From assembly GCF_009914755.1 (NCBI RefSeq), contig NC_060927.1: 64,000 bases of DNA; one strand, written 5' to 3'. This DNA is from the human T2T-CHM13v2.0 reference genome, Homo sapiens. A model generated the notes under the pieces. It did not search any database and had not been told where the DNA came from. It saw nothing but the letters and a program-made list of their open reading frames with translations. The translations under genes were made by a program, and so were the position numbers. Below, piece by piece: positions 45,735 to 61,165 of this stretch; within the stretch, counting starts at the first letter, position 1, and each line of letters begins with the position of its first letter.

Positions 45735-45930
45735 AAGATAAGGAATTTGGAGTCACATCAACTTAAATTTGAGCCGCAGCTCAGCCACTTTCTATCTTTT
45801 GGATGTTAGGAGGTTAGTGATTTAACTTTTTTCTTGGAGTCCCAGTTTTTTCATCTCTAACATGGGCATAATAATAGCGATCTTACAGACTTGTCGTGAG
45901 CATTAACCAAGATAAGCTAGGTAACACACC
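45735..45930 (+). mobile_element. MIR
   Basis: TTTGGAGTCA...CAGCTCAGCCACTT...CAGTTTTTTCATCTCTAACATGGG. Confidence 0.8.
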
Positions 45931-46202
45931 TGTGAGAGGCAAATACTTTTATCTCTTCAAAAGGAGGTGCATACCACAGCATGTGGGTAAAGAGGGCTGA
46001 AGGATAAAAAGAGGAGAGTCCAGTGGATGAGGAACCTGAAACATCACTTTAACCCTATTCAATTTTGTTTGCATTTTAAAATTTTCTCTTGAGCGCTTTC
46101 TCCTTTCTATTTAATTATTATAGAAGGGCAGATTTCAGGGGAAGTGTATTTTGTATTTTTAAAGATTGAAAAAACTTGTGGAAATCCTTTATCTATTTAT
46201 TG

Positions 46203-46385
46203 CAGTGCTCCTCAAAGTGTGGTCTCTGGACTGACAGCATCAGCATCATTGGGTAGCCTGTTAGAAATAAAAATTATTGGGCTTCACCCCTCGCAGCTAC
46301 TGAGTCTGGTGGTGGGGTCCCATAATGTGAGCTTTAATAATCTCTGTAGGTGATTGTGATGCACATTAAATTTTGAGAACCATTA
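46203..46385. mobile_element. MER5A
   Basis: CAGTGCTCCTCAAAGTGTGGTC...GTTAGAAAT...TTTGAGAACCATT. Confidence 0.87.
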
Positions 46386-46514
46386 ATGTGTTGAGGTTTG
46401 GGTTTTTTTTTTTTTTTTTTGGTCTTCTTTTCTCTGTAACAGCAACCTTAATAATACACACAGCCCAACACCTACAGCTGTCTTCCTTGCACATACTAAA
46501 GAGATCTTGGAGAT

Positions 46515-46760
46515 AGTATATCACAGTGTTTAAGGACACAGTAGGTAGATCAAACTATTTTGACTTATATCCCAGTTTATTACTTACTATCTCTGTCTGT
46601 GTCTTGGGCAAAATTTGTAAACTCTCTGTGCCTCAGTTTCCTCTACTGTAGAATGGGGATAATAATAATATCATACCTCACAGGATTTTTGTGATAATGT
46701 AATACACTTGAGACAGTGCAAGACAAATAGAAAGCATTAGAGAAATATTAGTTATGATGT
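46515..46760 (+). mobile_element. MIR
   Basis: CTTGGGCAA...CTCTCTGTGCCTCAGTTTCCTC...TAGAATGGGGATAATAATA. Confidence 0.88.
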
Positions 46761-46809
46761 TATTAACCAGTCTAAGAAATGTCAAATCTCAAATTATGGT
46801 ATCTTTTTT

Positions 46810-48650
46810 CTTTCAATTGTTCTTCATTTTTTCAACAAAGATTCGTCATCAGCTACCTACAAGCCAGGCATTGTGAAACGTAGTGGAGATATGACAGAGA
46901 GTGGAGAATGAGGAGAAAGATCCAATCTTTTTTTTTTTGAGACAGGGTCTCACTCTGTTGCCCAGGCTGGAGTGAAGTGGCATGATCGTGGCTCACTGCA
47001 GCCCTGACTTCTGGGGCTCAGGTGAAGATCTGCTCTTTGCCTGTATGATGCTTAGAGGGGGAGAAAGACATAAAACAAATTTTCAAGTAATTAATTAGCC
47101 ACAATTGTGATGAGCGTCAGAGGGTCAGTGAAATTTCCCCCAGAAAATCTGAAGCTGAGCCCTGAAGGATGGATGAGGGTTGCCAAACAAGAAGGTGAGG
47201 GCAAACGTTATAGGAGAGAGAAGAGCATGTGTAAATACCCTGATGGCTGAGGGCTTGGTGCTTTGAAGGTGCTGAAAGAAGACCAGTGTGGGTGAGGGGG
47301 CAAGACAAGACTGAACTTTATCCCAGGGGTATTGGACAGCCACTGAGGGGTTTAAGCAAGAATGGGAAGTGAGTTGTTTTTTAAGGAAAGATTCCTCTAG
47401 CATAAGGAGGGAGGAATGGATTGGAGGGTGCCAGAGATGCTGCAAGGAGGCCGGTGGTTGTAGCCGCAGTCTGGGAGAGATGGAATGGTGGCTTGGGTTA
47501 TGGTATGGGAAGACATGGAGAGAGGCTGGTGAAACTAAAGTATTGGGACTTGGTGAGATATGGGGCAGGAGACAGAGGGAAGTGTCAAGGATGTATCCTC
47601 TGAGGCAATTTGCTTCAATAAAGAGCAACTAGAAGCAGCAGTTTTGGGGGAAGATCTTAAGTTCAGTGGAGTATGAGGGACCTGTGGGATGTCAAAGAAA
47701 ATACATAGATTGGGCGGTTGGTCATGTAAACATGGACAGCAGAGAGCAAGAGACAGACCTCTCCAATAAAGGGATTGCTTGGTAAGCGTATAGTAACTGA
47801 ACTGAAGGAAATGGATACAGTTATCCAGGCTGACTTTAGACAAGAAGGTCTAGGATTGAGCCCCACAAACCACCAGCATTTATAAGTCCTAGGAGGACCA
47901 GGCCTTAAAGGAAGAATGGCCAGATGGACGAGGCTGGGATGTCACAGAAGGTAAGGAAAGAGGGAGCGTCCAGATGTAGGAGGGGGTCAACTACGTCAAA
48001 CAGAATGGGAACTGAAAGGTGTCTATTTGACTTGGCTATAGAAGGGTGTTTGTTGACCCTTGTGAGAATAGTTTTTGAGGAAAAGTGGCTTGTGGAGAGA
48101 GTAGGAAATAAGAAAATGGAAATCATGAGGTTAAACATATTTGGCTGTGCAGTAGCAAAGTAGAAAAAAGAGGATAGTTACAGGGTGACATAGGGCCTAA
48201 GGGGGGTGGTTATTTATAGAAGAGAGAGTTGCACATGTTTTAAAAATGATGGAGAAAATCAGGGAAGAGAAAGAAGTAGAAGCTACCGTGAAGAGGGTGT
48301 GTTGATGGTGGGAGTTTTTGAGGAAGCAGGAGGAGGAAACCATAGCAGAGCTGGAGGGTTTGGCTTCAGACAGCCATAGAAAGTACAGGCAGCTCCTCTA
48401 TTGTAACAGGAGGTCAGGGGGATGGGGTGGGTGCAGATGCTGGTGGGTTTGTAGGTTTGGTGCGGGAAGTTGAGAGGTTTCTGTCTGGTGGCTTCTATTT
48501 TCTCTGTGAAGGAGTAGGCAAGGCCATCTGTTGAGTGTGATAGAGTAGGCGTGAAGGTTAGAGATTTGAGGAAAATGAAGATGGTTTGAAATAGTCTTTG
48601 AGAGCGGAAGAGGGAGGCAAGCAGAGAAATGTAACATGGTTATTGTGCAC
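46810..48650 (-). mobile_element. L2 (long fragment including RT region)
   Basis: ORF 47905-48138(-) VNKHPSIAKSNRHLSVPILFDVVD matches L2 RT (VTNDLHIAKSNGHFSVLILLD..FDTVD); L2 3' end near 46820. Confidence 0.88.
46927..47025 (-). mobile_element. Truncated AluJ (3' part only)
   Basis: Poly-T plus GAGACAGGGTCTCACTCTGTTGCCCAGG to GGCTCAGGTGA. Confidence 0.85.
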
Positions 48651-49065
48651 AGTCAAGAATCCAGATGAGCCTAGCGACTGAATTTCCAAAGGTATAGATG
48701 TGTGTCAGCCCCTGCTCCCCAGGCTGATACTAGCTGGGACACAGACACACAAGGGTCATTTACAACACAGTGTGAGGTGAGAGGTACAGGGCATGATGAG
48801 AGTTCAGAGGAGGGAGGCTTCTTACTTGGGACCTAAAGATAAGTAATCATTGGCCAGATGAAGAGATGGAGGAAGAGTGTATCAGCAGAGAGAGCACATG
48901 TGAATAGGCCGAGAGGCGCAGGGAAACACAACTCCCTTGCGGGGCTGAAGGAAGTTCACAGGTGGAGCAGAGGGTGTGAGGGAGTGGGGGATGCCCGTGG
49001 GAGTGAGTGCCTAGAAGAGAAGCTGGAGAGGACGAGAGTGGGCAGCTTAAATATGACCTAAGCTA

Positions 49066-49258
49066 GTGGATTGCCAGGTGTGGTTTCTGGACCAGTGGGA
49101 ACTGGCAGCATCACCAACACCCAGGAATGTCAGAAGTGCAAAGTCTCAGGACCACCCAAGACCTAATCTATCAGAAACTCCGGGAGTGAGCCCAATGAGC
49201 TGTGTTTTACCAAGCCCTCCAAGTAATGCTGATGCGCATCAAAGCTTGAAAAAGTGTT
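49066..49258. mobile_element. MER5A within L2 fragments (48720-49350)
   Basis: GTGTGGTTTCTGGACCAG...GCAGCATCA...CAAGCCCTCCAAGTAATGCTGATGC. Confidence 0.82.
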
Positions 49259-50249
49259 TCAAGCAATGGGGAGCCATTGATTATCCTTTTTAGCAGGGGA
49301 ATGACATATCGGGGAGCAGGTTTATAAAAGTTTCTGACCACGGTGTGGAAAATGGTAGGTTCTGTTTGTGGATTCCAGACAGACAGCTCAGCAGGGCTAA
49401 TCCCTCAGCTGTGTTACTGACGCTGGAGCTGGGTCTTTCTGTCAATGTCTCCAAGTTGACCAGAAACACTCGCCCCCTAGGAAGCTGCCTGATGCGCACC
49501 TCTCCAACAGCTCTCTGCTGCCCCCGTCTGTCCACAGACCGCACTCACGGTTCCCCAGCCCACGCTTCCCAGTCCTTGATTGGTGCAGTTTCAGCATTAT
49601 CCTGACTTTGGACCCTCAGCTTTGTCAGAGAGGTGGGCTTGGCTACTGTCAATATATACATGAGTTAGACACTATCATTGGACATTCTTTTAATGGATGT
49701 TCTAGAAAGCCCAAGAAGAGCACCAATTAAGCAGTTACCTTGAGATGGCTTTGAGGCAAGCTTTGCAAATTTTGAGATGAAGCTGTTCCTTATATTCTCT
49801 TGCATTTCCAGAAAACATGTTTTTTTTTTTTTTTTGATATAGAATACTGAAATTTCTCCTGAAAATCTCTTTCAGGGTCTGAAGGCAACCTGTAAGAAAA
49901 AAGGAATCTATTTGAAGGCTTTTTCTTCAAGATAATGAAGAATGTGACATTAGAACACCTGGTATGGAATGATTCCATCAAATCCTACCACCCATACCTC
50001 CCTTTACAATTAAATTTTCTTGGTGGTTTGGCTAATCTGCACTTCATTTCATTTGGAGATGTATAGAAGGATGATTTTCCTACCAGCACAGATTGGATTG
50101 GCATAGCTGCTAAAAGATCATAGAATCATTTTAGGGAGAGTGACATAGGCTGCCTTACATCCAATGATAACAATTCAAAGTAGTATAATGTCTCCTAAAC
50201 ATGAGCAAGGCCATATCTCCCAGGTTGAATGCCCCAAAGATGGGGTTGC

Positions 50250-50420
50250 ATCGGATTTGGAATCATCCAGGGCGGAGTTGTAATCTGGTTGTGTGACTTT
50301 TGGCAAATTACTTAACCTCCCTGGGCCTTCATCTTCTCTTTTGTAAAATGTGTTGTTGTGATGATTAGATAGAATAACATAATCTAAGGTACTTAGGAGA
50401 TCAGTAATTATTAATTTTTG
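50250..50420 (+). mobile_element. MIR
   Basis: TGTGTGACTTTTGGCAAATTACTTAACCTCCCTGGGCCT. Confidence 0.8.
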
Positions 50421-51120
50421 TTGTCTGTTAGTATGTGATCGAAACTTCAGCCTTTGAATATTTCTCTAATTACTTACCAATTCAATTTATCAAAAATATT
50501 CCCCCTTTTCTTGAGCTCTTATTTCATTCTTATATGACTCCTTGTGTAGTGTATATATATCACAGAGAATATGTAGGCCATCAGCAACTTTACCATGTGC
50601 CACAACTGTACACCCACACACATACCTGTATTCATGGCCATTCTTACATCTTTCTCTTGTGTCTCAGAGAAGCATGGTGGGATTAGAATCTCCCCTACCC
50701 CTCCCTATTTTTAAACTTCAAAAGGAGCTCTCTTTCCACTACATTCTACATTAAGCTAAGAAATAGTGTCTGAGAAGCCTAAGAATTCCATGCTTATAAT
50801 GTACATTGTAGTACTTTCATTGCGCTAATAATGATGAGTCACTGAAGACAGGATAATAAGAAATGGAACCCTGGAAAGGTTAGTAGGACAGCTCTAGAAT
50901 ATACAATGACTATGGTCAAGATTTATGGTAGATTCTACTCTCCCCAAACTAGACATCTCAGTGTGGACCTTCACTCTAAACTTGCTTTATTCCTTCTCTC
51001 AATATGCATATATTGATGACATTATTTTTAAAATTAGTACTGCAAACTATGATGTGAGATGATATATGATAGTTTATGGTAAGTGTCATATCAGAGATTT
51101 GAGGAGTAGGGGGGTGGTTA

Positions 51121-51456
<336 letters not shown>

Positions 51457-51757
51457 AGTAGGAGGAAGAGGACATTTGGGCCCAGAGTAATCAAACAAAG
51501 CTATCAGCTATACCCAGGACCGCTATACCCAGGACACTGAATCATAAATTTTAGGAAGGAGACAGGACTTGTTAGGTCATAACAACTGGGGAGAATTCTG
51601 ATAGGTGGAGTGACAGGGGAGAATATTCCAGGTAGAAACATCGTGAGCAAAGCCATGGAAAGGTGCATCAACTAGCTATGACTGAGGGACAGTGGGTATA
51701 CCTGTTTGGCTGGAGGGGAGTGGTAAGATAAGTACTGTAGCAAAAGTACATTGAGTT

Positions 51758-52505
<748 letters not shown>

Positions 52506-52790
52506 CATTAGATTGAGAAATAGAAGAGGAACTTGGGAGCCAGTGGGCATTTTTGAATAGGAAAATGACATAATACAATGTGATTAGAAATATCAACCAG
52601 TTTTCTGGGTATCAGCTAGGAGAACAGAAAGAGGTAGGTAGGCTCATTAGGAGGCTTTGCTAGAGTTCAAGCATGAGTTACAAAGGCTGTGTACAGATAA
52701 GCACAGTGTACAGGGAGGAGGTGGAACCAAGAGAATCCTCAAGGCCTGGTGAGGCCCTGGAGAAGGATGGGTGAGGAGTCATAGAGATGG

Positions 52791-53250
52791 TGTGGTAGGC
52801 AGCTTCAAAGATGGCCTCCAATGATCCTTGCCTCTTGGTGTTCATGCCTTTGTATAATCCTCTCCCATTGTGTGGGCTGGACCTAGTTACTTGGCAAAAG
52901 TGATGGGATGTGATAATACTTTTGAGATTAGGTTACAAAAAGACCCTGGTTTCTGTGTTGCTCAACCTCTTTCGCACTCTCACTTGTTCACTGTCAAGGA
53001 AGATGAATTCCATGCTGTGGATTGTCCTACAGAGAGGCTCACGTGGTAAAAGGACTGAGGGTTCCCCCTGGCCAACAGTCAGCAAGAAACTGAGTTTTCA
53101 GTTCAATAACCTTTAAAGAGCTGAATTCTACCAATAACCTGGTGAATGAACTTAGAAGTGCTCAAGTTCCCCACTCAAGGAAGTGGAGCCTTGAGATGAC
53201 TGCAGTCCTGGCTAATTCCTCGATTACAACCCTGTGATTATAGCCTTGTG
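52791..53250 (+). mobile_element. MLT1F-like LTR, 3'-truncated
   Basis: TGTGGTAGGCAGCTTCAAAGATGGCCTCCAATGATCC start. Confidence 0.87.
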
Positions 53251-53820
53251 CTGCATAATAAATTACCCTACAATGTCGTGACTGAACACACATTTTATTA
53301 TTTCACAAGTTTCTGTGCGTGGGAAATCTGGGTGTGGCTTGGCTGGGTCTTCTGGCTCTGTGAGGAGGCAGCAGTCATATCAAGGCTTGACTGGGAAGGA
53401 TCCACATCCTAGTCTCCTCATGTGGTTGTTGGCAGAATTTAATTCTCTGTGGGTGCTTGGACTGAGGCCCCCAGTGTCTCACAAGCCATTGGCCAGAGGC
53501 TCCCCTTGGTTCTTTGCTATGTGAGCCTCTCCATAGAGTCTGTCACACTGTGGCAGATTGATATATCAGAGTGAGCAAGTGAGAAGACAAGAGAGAAAAG
53601 TTCTACTGAGAGAGAGTACTAGCAAGATGGAATTACCCAGTTTTTTGTAACCTTATCACAGAAATGATGTCCCACTACCTTTGCTGTATTCTTCATTAGA
53701 ATATGCTAGAATGTGTTAGTCACTAGGTCCAGTCCACACCCAAAGGGAGGAGATTTTACAATAGTGTCAATACCAGGGGGTGAGGATCAATGGGTACCAT
53801 GTCAAAAGCTGCCTACCACA
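53251..53820 (-). mobile_element. MLT1F-like LTR, inverted relative to its neighbour
   Basis: Ends AAGCTGCCTACCACA; begins CTGCATAATAAATTACC. Confidence 0.87.
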
Positions 53821-55904
53821 TCGACAGATATTTATTGCAATTTTTGTTGTCTTCCCAAAGGGCTTTAACCTCTGAGAGGGGGCTAGTGATTTGTTCATAA
53901 TAAAAGGGCTTAATGAACATTTGTTTAAAAAATGAGAGGATGTTTGCAAAGACTATTAGAGGTCTAAAGCATTATTTAGACTTAGATGTTAACACATCGA
54001 TGGTCTGCTCAATTGGTCAGCAGTTTAATGGGGGAAATACCTAGCTGCTTTGACAAAATTCTGACCTTAAGTACAAAAGCCTAGTTCACTTCGTTGGATG
54101 TAAGAGCCAACTTGTGCAGCTGTGCCATGTATAAAAGTGCCTGGTATGAGTGGGTACTTAAATCCTGTCCATATTCCATTCCACTCACCAAGCTGTGTCC
54201 CCTGGCACAAGGCTATGTCAGTCTAGAGGAAGGGGTGTGTTTTTGAAATTTATCTACCCAGAGGGGATACTTTTTTTATAAGCAGCACATCCCATCTGTG
54301 ATCCTCTAGGGAAGTGTCAACCTTCATCTCCCTCCTCTTGTTTGCTTTCACCTGCTCTACCTGAACTATACCCTCCAAAATGGGCTTGAGGCAATGAGGG
54401 GGACAATGTCCCATGCCATACCTGACTTCCTCTCCAGCTGCTGCGAGGATTAACTTCTGTTTTGGGAGGCCTTTGAGAGCCCAGGAGGGAAGGTGCTGTA
54501 CAAACGCAGACAAATTCCATCATCTTTATTAAATTGCCAAGAAAATTCTATGCACACAGTAATACCACCCTCTCCCTGAGTACTGGGTCTGACCTGACAA
54601 TGGCAAACAAACAGCAAGCTGTGATCTGTTTTTAATTCCAAATGAAAATCCACCCCAAATAGAGGCGAGAAGGAGAAAAAGCAGCTCAGCAACAATGTGT
54701 GCTTTGGCTGAGGAGCCCAGGAAGCCTTGCTTCTGTTAACCTCAGCCCAGCTCCCTCCCCAAAAGCTCGACTCACACCACTGGAATGGTTGTGTATTGAG
54801 GATAAGGATGTTGACAATAGGGTTTAAGCTGCATAAATAACTGCAAATTGCTGTTCGGCCCAGCAACTGGCAGAAAAAAAAAAAATGAGAGAGAGAAAAG
54901 AGATGATAGAAGGAGCATAAGTTGTGGGGAGGGAGGGCCGGGAAGTAAGTAATGTGGAATCTGGCAACTGGCTCTGAGTGTAAAGGCACTCTGACAAGGT
55001 GATCACAGGCCACCCACAATTGTTACACAGCTATAAGAAGTTATTTTGACAGGACATGTGGCACACTTCAAATAGAGGACTCAAACCCCCAAATGATTAG
55101 TAATATGTTGCAGTAAAGTTCTGGTTTAAAGAACAAGCTATTATAACTGAGGGGGTAGAACATATATAATCTCCAAATATTCTTTTTATAATTTCCATTC
55201 AGTTCTGTCAGTGGTGATGTGAGAAGAAAGGAAAGACATACAAGTGGTTTATAAGAAAAAGGAAAAATACCAGTGAGGGCTGCCATTTTGTGCTCCCCAG
55301 TCCTCTTGCCTTCTCTTGGTACAATTTTCAATGGGTTCTCCAACATTCTTCCTTAAAGAACTCTTCCAGGGTATGCCACAGGATGCAGCAAAGGTGAAAA
55401 AGACTAGACCACAGCATGGGTGCTGCCTCAGGTCAGGTGTTTATGTATGACGTGTCACTCTACCCCAGTCTCTTGGCTTCCGGTCCTTTCCAACCTCCAT
55501 CTCACCTCTTAGTTCCATTTCCCCACTCATAATAATTAACTCTTTGCTTGAAACCACGCAGTCTTTCTCCTCCTCGAAGTCTTCTTTGAATCTCAACAAC
55601 TGCAGAAAAGCGCTTTGTCAAATTGTAGCAGGAGAATTTCAGGTGAGAAAAAAAATAAAGATCCACAGATGGCATGTATATTGAATACAAGGATAAAAAC
55701 AGATGCAGGTCAGAAATTCTAGACTCTGCATCCCTGTTGATTTGTGTGCCCACTATCCTCCCTACTTCTGCCATGACCTTGTTCTAAGAACCATTTTCTT
55801 CTTTTTTTTAACACCAGATTTGTGCAGAAGGTGTAGTTTTTTTTCACGACCACATGCCTGGTCATAGATTATTGGTGGGGTGGTGGTCATTTAACAAAAC
55901 TTGG

Positions 55905-56335
55905 CCTATCAGCTAGATCTTGCAGTCTAACAAAACTATAACAGAACTTGGTGGCTTAACATAATAATCAATTATTCTCACTCATGGGTCTGAGGGTCAG
56001 TTGGGCTGGCTTTACTTCATGCTGCAGGTCTGCAGATGGCTGAGGTGGCTCTGTTCAATTTATACTTATTCTGGGGTCCAGGCTGGAGAAGCAGCAGCTA
56101 CCTGGGAAAAGCATCTCTCCAAGCAGTGGCAGAACTGTAAGAGGGCAAGTAGAAATACACGGTGATTCTTAAGGTTTAGGTTTGGCAATCATATACTGTC
56201 ACATTCGCCCACATTTCATTGGCTATTGCAAATACATGACTGAGTACCCAACATCACTTGGGAGTAGGGGATGTTATGCTCTACCTCTGTGAGACCATGG
56301 CAACAAAAATGGAAGCCAACAATTTCAATCTATTA
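55905..56335 (-). mobile_element. MLT1J/I-like LTR
   Basis: GGTGGCTTAAC...GGGTCAGTTGGGC...GGGGTCCAGGCTG...CATTTCATTGGC. Confidence 0.7.
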
Positions 56336-57004
56336 CTGTGAATAATTCCCTGGTATTTTTCACACTGGGGCTGAGGACAAGAGCCAACCATTATGGAATG
56401 TCTTGGTGTTTAACTAGAAAGCACAGGAGCTTTTATTGCCACGTTACTTGCCGTACAGAGGGAGCCTTTTTACAGTGACAGTGATTGAAGGTGGCCCATG
56501 GAAAGTGGCAGAGACAAGAAAGAGAAAAAGAGATTCCAGGTGGCCTTTGAGTCTCTGGTTTATTTCTTCCTGCGGCTCAGCTGCTCCTACTCCCCTGCCC
56601 ATCTGTGACTTGATTGGTCAACGCTTCCACGGATTACATGTCCAATGTCCATCCAAAACCAACTTTTTTGTTGTTGCCTAAATTAGTTTGATTAACTTCT
56701 GTTACTCAGAAACAAAACATATCCAGACTAATACATATACTCTGGGTCTCCATAGCAATTAGATATGAAAAGAGTTGTATTTAGACTATGTAGTGATTTC
56801 TATGACAAATATGCATCACTCCTGTATGTATATTTTTACAGTTGACCTTCCTCTTCTCTTTCCACTGCATGTTGTATAAATTATTAAGTCTTTTGGCTGA
56901 AAGCACATGCCTGCAGCCAGAAGAATTTGGAGTATCCCTTCAGAAGATGATTTGGGCTGGAAAAAGAAACCTGAAGGGAAACTGAAATGAAAGGCAGGAT
57001 GGTA

Positions 57005-57400
57005 ATGAAAAGAGATCAGGGCTGGGAATTAGAAGAGCTGGGCTGTCACTAAGTAGTTGAATAATCTTAGGCTGACCTTTTTGCCTCCCAGAGGCTCTGT
57101 TTGTTCTCTGCATATTAGGGAAGGTAATTCTGGACCATAGAGAGGCTGTGAGGATCAAAGAAAACTGTAGGTGGGAAGATGTTTTGTATACTTTAAGCAT
57201 TATGTTAACAAATGAATCATTCATTTATCCATTCATACATTTAACAACTATGTATTAGGTGTATAAATATGTCAGGAATTATGTCAAGTGTTGGACATGG
57301 TTTCAAAAACAGACATGATTCCTGCCTTTATGGAGCTTACAGTCTAGAGAAGAGCAGACCATAAACAAATAAATAAGGTAAAGTGTATGAGTTTAGTATT
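57005..57400. mobile_element. MIR (+, ~57005-57200) abutting an L2 3' end (-, ~57215-57400)
   Basis: GCTGTGAGGATCAAA; ATTCATTTATCCATTCATACATTTAACAA...CCTGCCTTTATGGAGCTTACAGTCTAG. Confidence 0.75.
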
Positions 57401-57420
57401 AAAAACTACTGGTGTGTGTC

Positions 57421-57746
<326 letters not shown>

Positions 57747-57970
57747 TCAATGGGATGTTCCTGAGTTATGTCAGTGGTTAAGTATTTTGAATATCTGCCT
57801 GGATGAGTGTCATGGCAGGGCCCACTCCATCTCTTTCCTCTTACTAAAGTCCCCTCCCTTGCCACTGGGGACTTGGGGAATTGGTGCTCTGGACTCAGGG
57901 ATAGAGCTGGTTGGGAGAGGAAAGCACCTGGCCATTGCTTTTTAGGCTCACAGTCAAGGCTTTGGGACTT

Positions 57971-58329
57971 TGTATTAGTCTGTTTTCATGCTGCTGATAA
58001 AGACATACCTGAGACTGGGCAATTTACAAAAGAAAGAGGTTTAATTGGACTTACTGTTCCACATGTCTGGAGAGGACTCACAATCATGGCGGAAGGTAAA
58101 AGGCATGTCTTACCTCGCAGCAGGCAAGAGAGAGAAAGAAAGCCAAGTCAAACGAGTATCCCTTTATCAAACCATCAGATCTTGTGAGACTTATCCACGA
58201 GAACAGCATGGGAGAAACTGCTTCCATGGTTCAATTATCTTCCACCAGGTCCCTCCCACAACACGTGGGAATTATGGGAGTACAATTCAAGATGAGATTT
58301 GGGTGGGGACACAGAGCCAAACCATATCA
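57971..58329 (-). mobile_element. THE1B-like solo LTR
   Basis: TGTATTAGTCTGTTTTCATGCTGCTGATAAAGAC...GCCAAACCATATCA; 5-bp TSD GACTT. Confidence 0.95.
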
Positions 58330-58609
58330 GACTTTCTTTAGGGCTTATTAAAGTATTATAAAGTATCAACTGTAATGTTGCTAATAAACAATGTCAAATT
58401 GATCCAGAGAATTTGGAGTTATTTAATTAGACTTGTAAATGGCCTGTGGAAAAAATGCTCCCTCACTTGGGAAAAATCTTTACGTGGGCAGCATTGTTAT
58501 AGCCTGAATGCCTACCTGACACTGGAGTATGACCCTTCAGAAAAATGACAGTGATTAGCCTACACAATACTTTGAGTGCAAAGTATTGTGAAGGGGCTGT
58601 TCAACTGGT

Positions 58610-59150
58610 ATGTCATTTAAGAATCTTAGCTGCAAGCAATTAGAGGGTGACTTAACAAAAGATGATTGGATTGCCCAAGAATTGTTGGGATAGCTGGAGA
58701 GCCAGGACTGAGGCTAGGCCAGCATTGAGCAATGACAAAAAATATGCTGCAGGATATGCCTGATAAGGAAACTGCTTCCATTGCTGCTGCCTCATTTGCA
58801 AAAGAGGAACCTACATCTTCATCACTGCTGCCATTCCATAGAGGTTACTTCTGGGCCAGGCACTAAATCTTGCAAAACTTAGAAACTGCTGCTGCCACCA
58901 CTGAAAACCAGATGCTTCCAGCACCACTGTACCAGCAAAAATTGAAGTTTTACACTGAGCCTCTTTCCTCATGAATGCTTCTGAGTTGAAATCTAAGGTT
59001 GTAGTGTCTGTTGAGTGGACCCTTGGGGGAGCCTGGGTTGTTTGCCTGCGTCTTAACTGCAGGGAGGCTTGGAATTTGAATTCTGACTCCATTGGGGAAG
59101 TGGGACTCATAATATGGGAATTCTTCCAAACACAGAAAGACTATTAAAAG
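58610..59150 (-). mobile_element. Old MLT1 (M/N-like) LTR
   Basis: CTTAGCTGCAAGCAA; GCCTGGGTTGTTTGCCTGCGTCTTAACTGCAGGGAGGCTTGG. Confidence 0.55.
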
Positions 59151-59949
59151 ATGAATATGAATATGTGAATATGATTGGTATTTATTACCTGTGGTTTGCC
59201 CCCTCTGACCACCAAAATCTTAGCTTGGGGAAGGACTACCAGGGACATACAACAGTAGATAATATTTCTTGGAAGGATTTTTAACTTTGAAGGCAACAAA
59301 AGGATTTGTTGAGAATTTTGTAATGAGAACTATAGATGTCTTTCTCATCATGTTTTATCCAATGCATGATAAAGTATATACTGTAGGTTCTGAGTCCAAT
59401 TCCCAGTTTCCCTTCACTAAGAGAAATCAGTGTGATTAGAAGAGTCTCTGAACTGGGCCAGCCTAGATTGCCCTCTGAAGACTCCTGCCACTCTCTGCTC
59501 TTGCTTGGACCATCTCATTTCTCATTTCTCATAACTTTCTTCCTCTGTGTGGCTGGTAGGAAGAAATGGAAGTTAGAGATGGAAGGCTCTACTCACACAT
59601 TGCCAAAGGAATGCTCAGAGATCAAGATATTTAGAAAACGAAAGAAAATTAACTTGCAAAGAGTGCAAGGGAGTCAGAGTTCAGAAGGACTGGCGGGCTA
59701 GTCAATTACAACAAAAACATAACTATTACTTAGAGGAAAAACTGCTAAATTATCAGTTACCAATAATTTATTAATCTATGACAAAAACAGCAATTTGCTC
59801 ACATGATTATATCCACAAAGGTCATGATACATCTTTAGACACCAGCTTAGGCAAAGTTAGAGATAAAATTATTTTCGTTAGAGTTATGTGTTTACAGGAA
59901 CCATTAACGACTTTATTATTTTAGGGACTAGAAGCATACAAGATGATCA

Positions 59950-60768
<819 letters not shown>

Positions 60769-61054
60769 AATATGAGCCTGTTGTTTTTGGTTTATCATAG
60801 AGTGCAGAGTATTGTGGTAGTCCTTATTGTTTTTGATTGTGTTATGTACAATGCTTAGACATATTGGAAGCAGGGCAGAATCTCAGCATCTGGCCTAATA
60901 TGAGCAGTCCAACCCACGTTTATAAGGCTGTGCATTGGGGCATTAGGCACCAGTAAGGTGCTAATAACAGACTACTTCTTCGTGTAGCTGATGCAGGCAT
61001 ATCACAGCATGGTAGGGGCACCCAGCAGGGAAAGAGTCAGGCTATTAGACTCCC

Positions 61055-61165
61055 ACACTCTTAAGGGCAAGGATCATGCTTGTTTTGTTTACTCCCGTAT
61101 GCTCTAATGCCAAACACAGTACCTGGCACATAATAGGAACTCAATAATGTTTGCCGAATAAATGA
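61055..61165 (+). mobile_element. L2 3' end
   Basis: ACAGTACCTGGCACATAATAGGAACTCAATAATGTTTG. Confidence 0.85.

Noticed and set aside
54450-55019. Longest ORF in the window (189 aa, minus strand)
   Set aside because: Non-ATG start, runs through low-complexity sequence, no recognisable domain.
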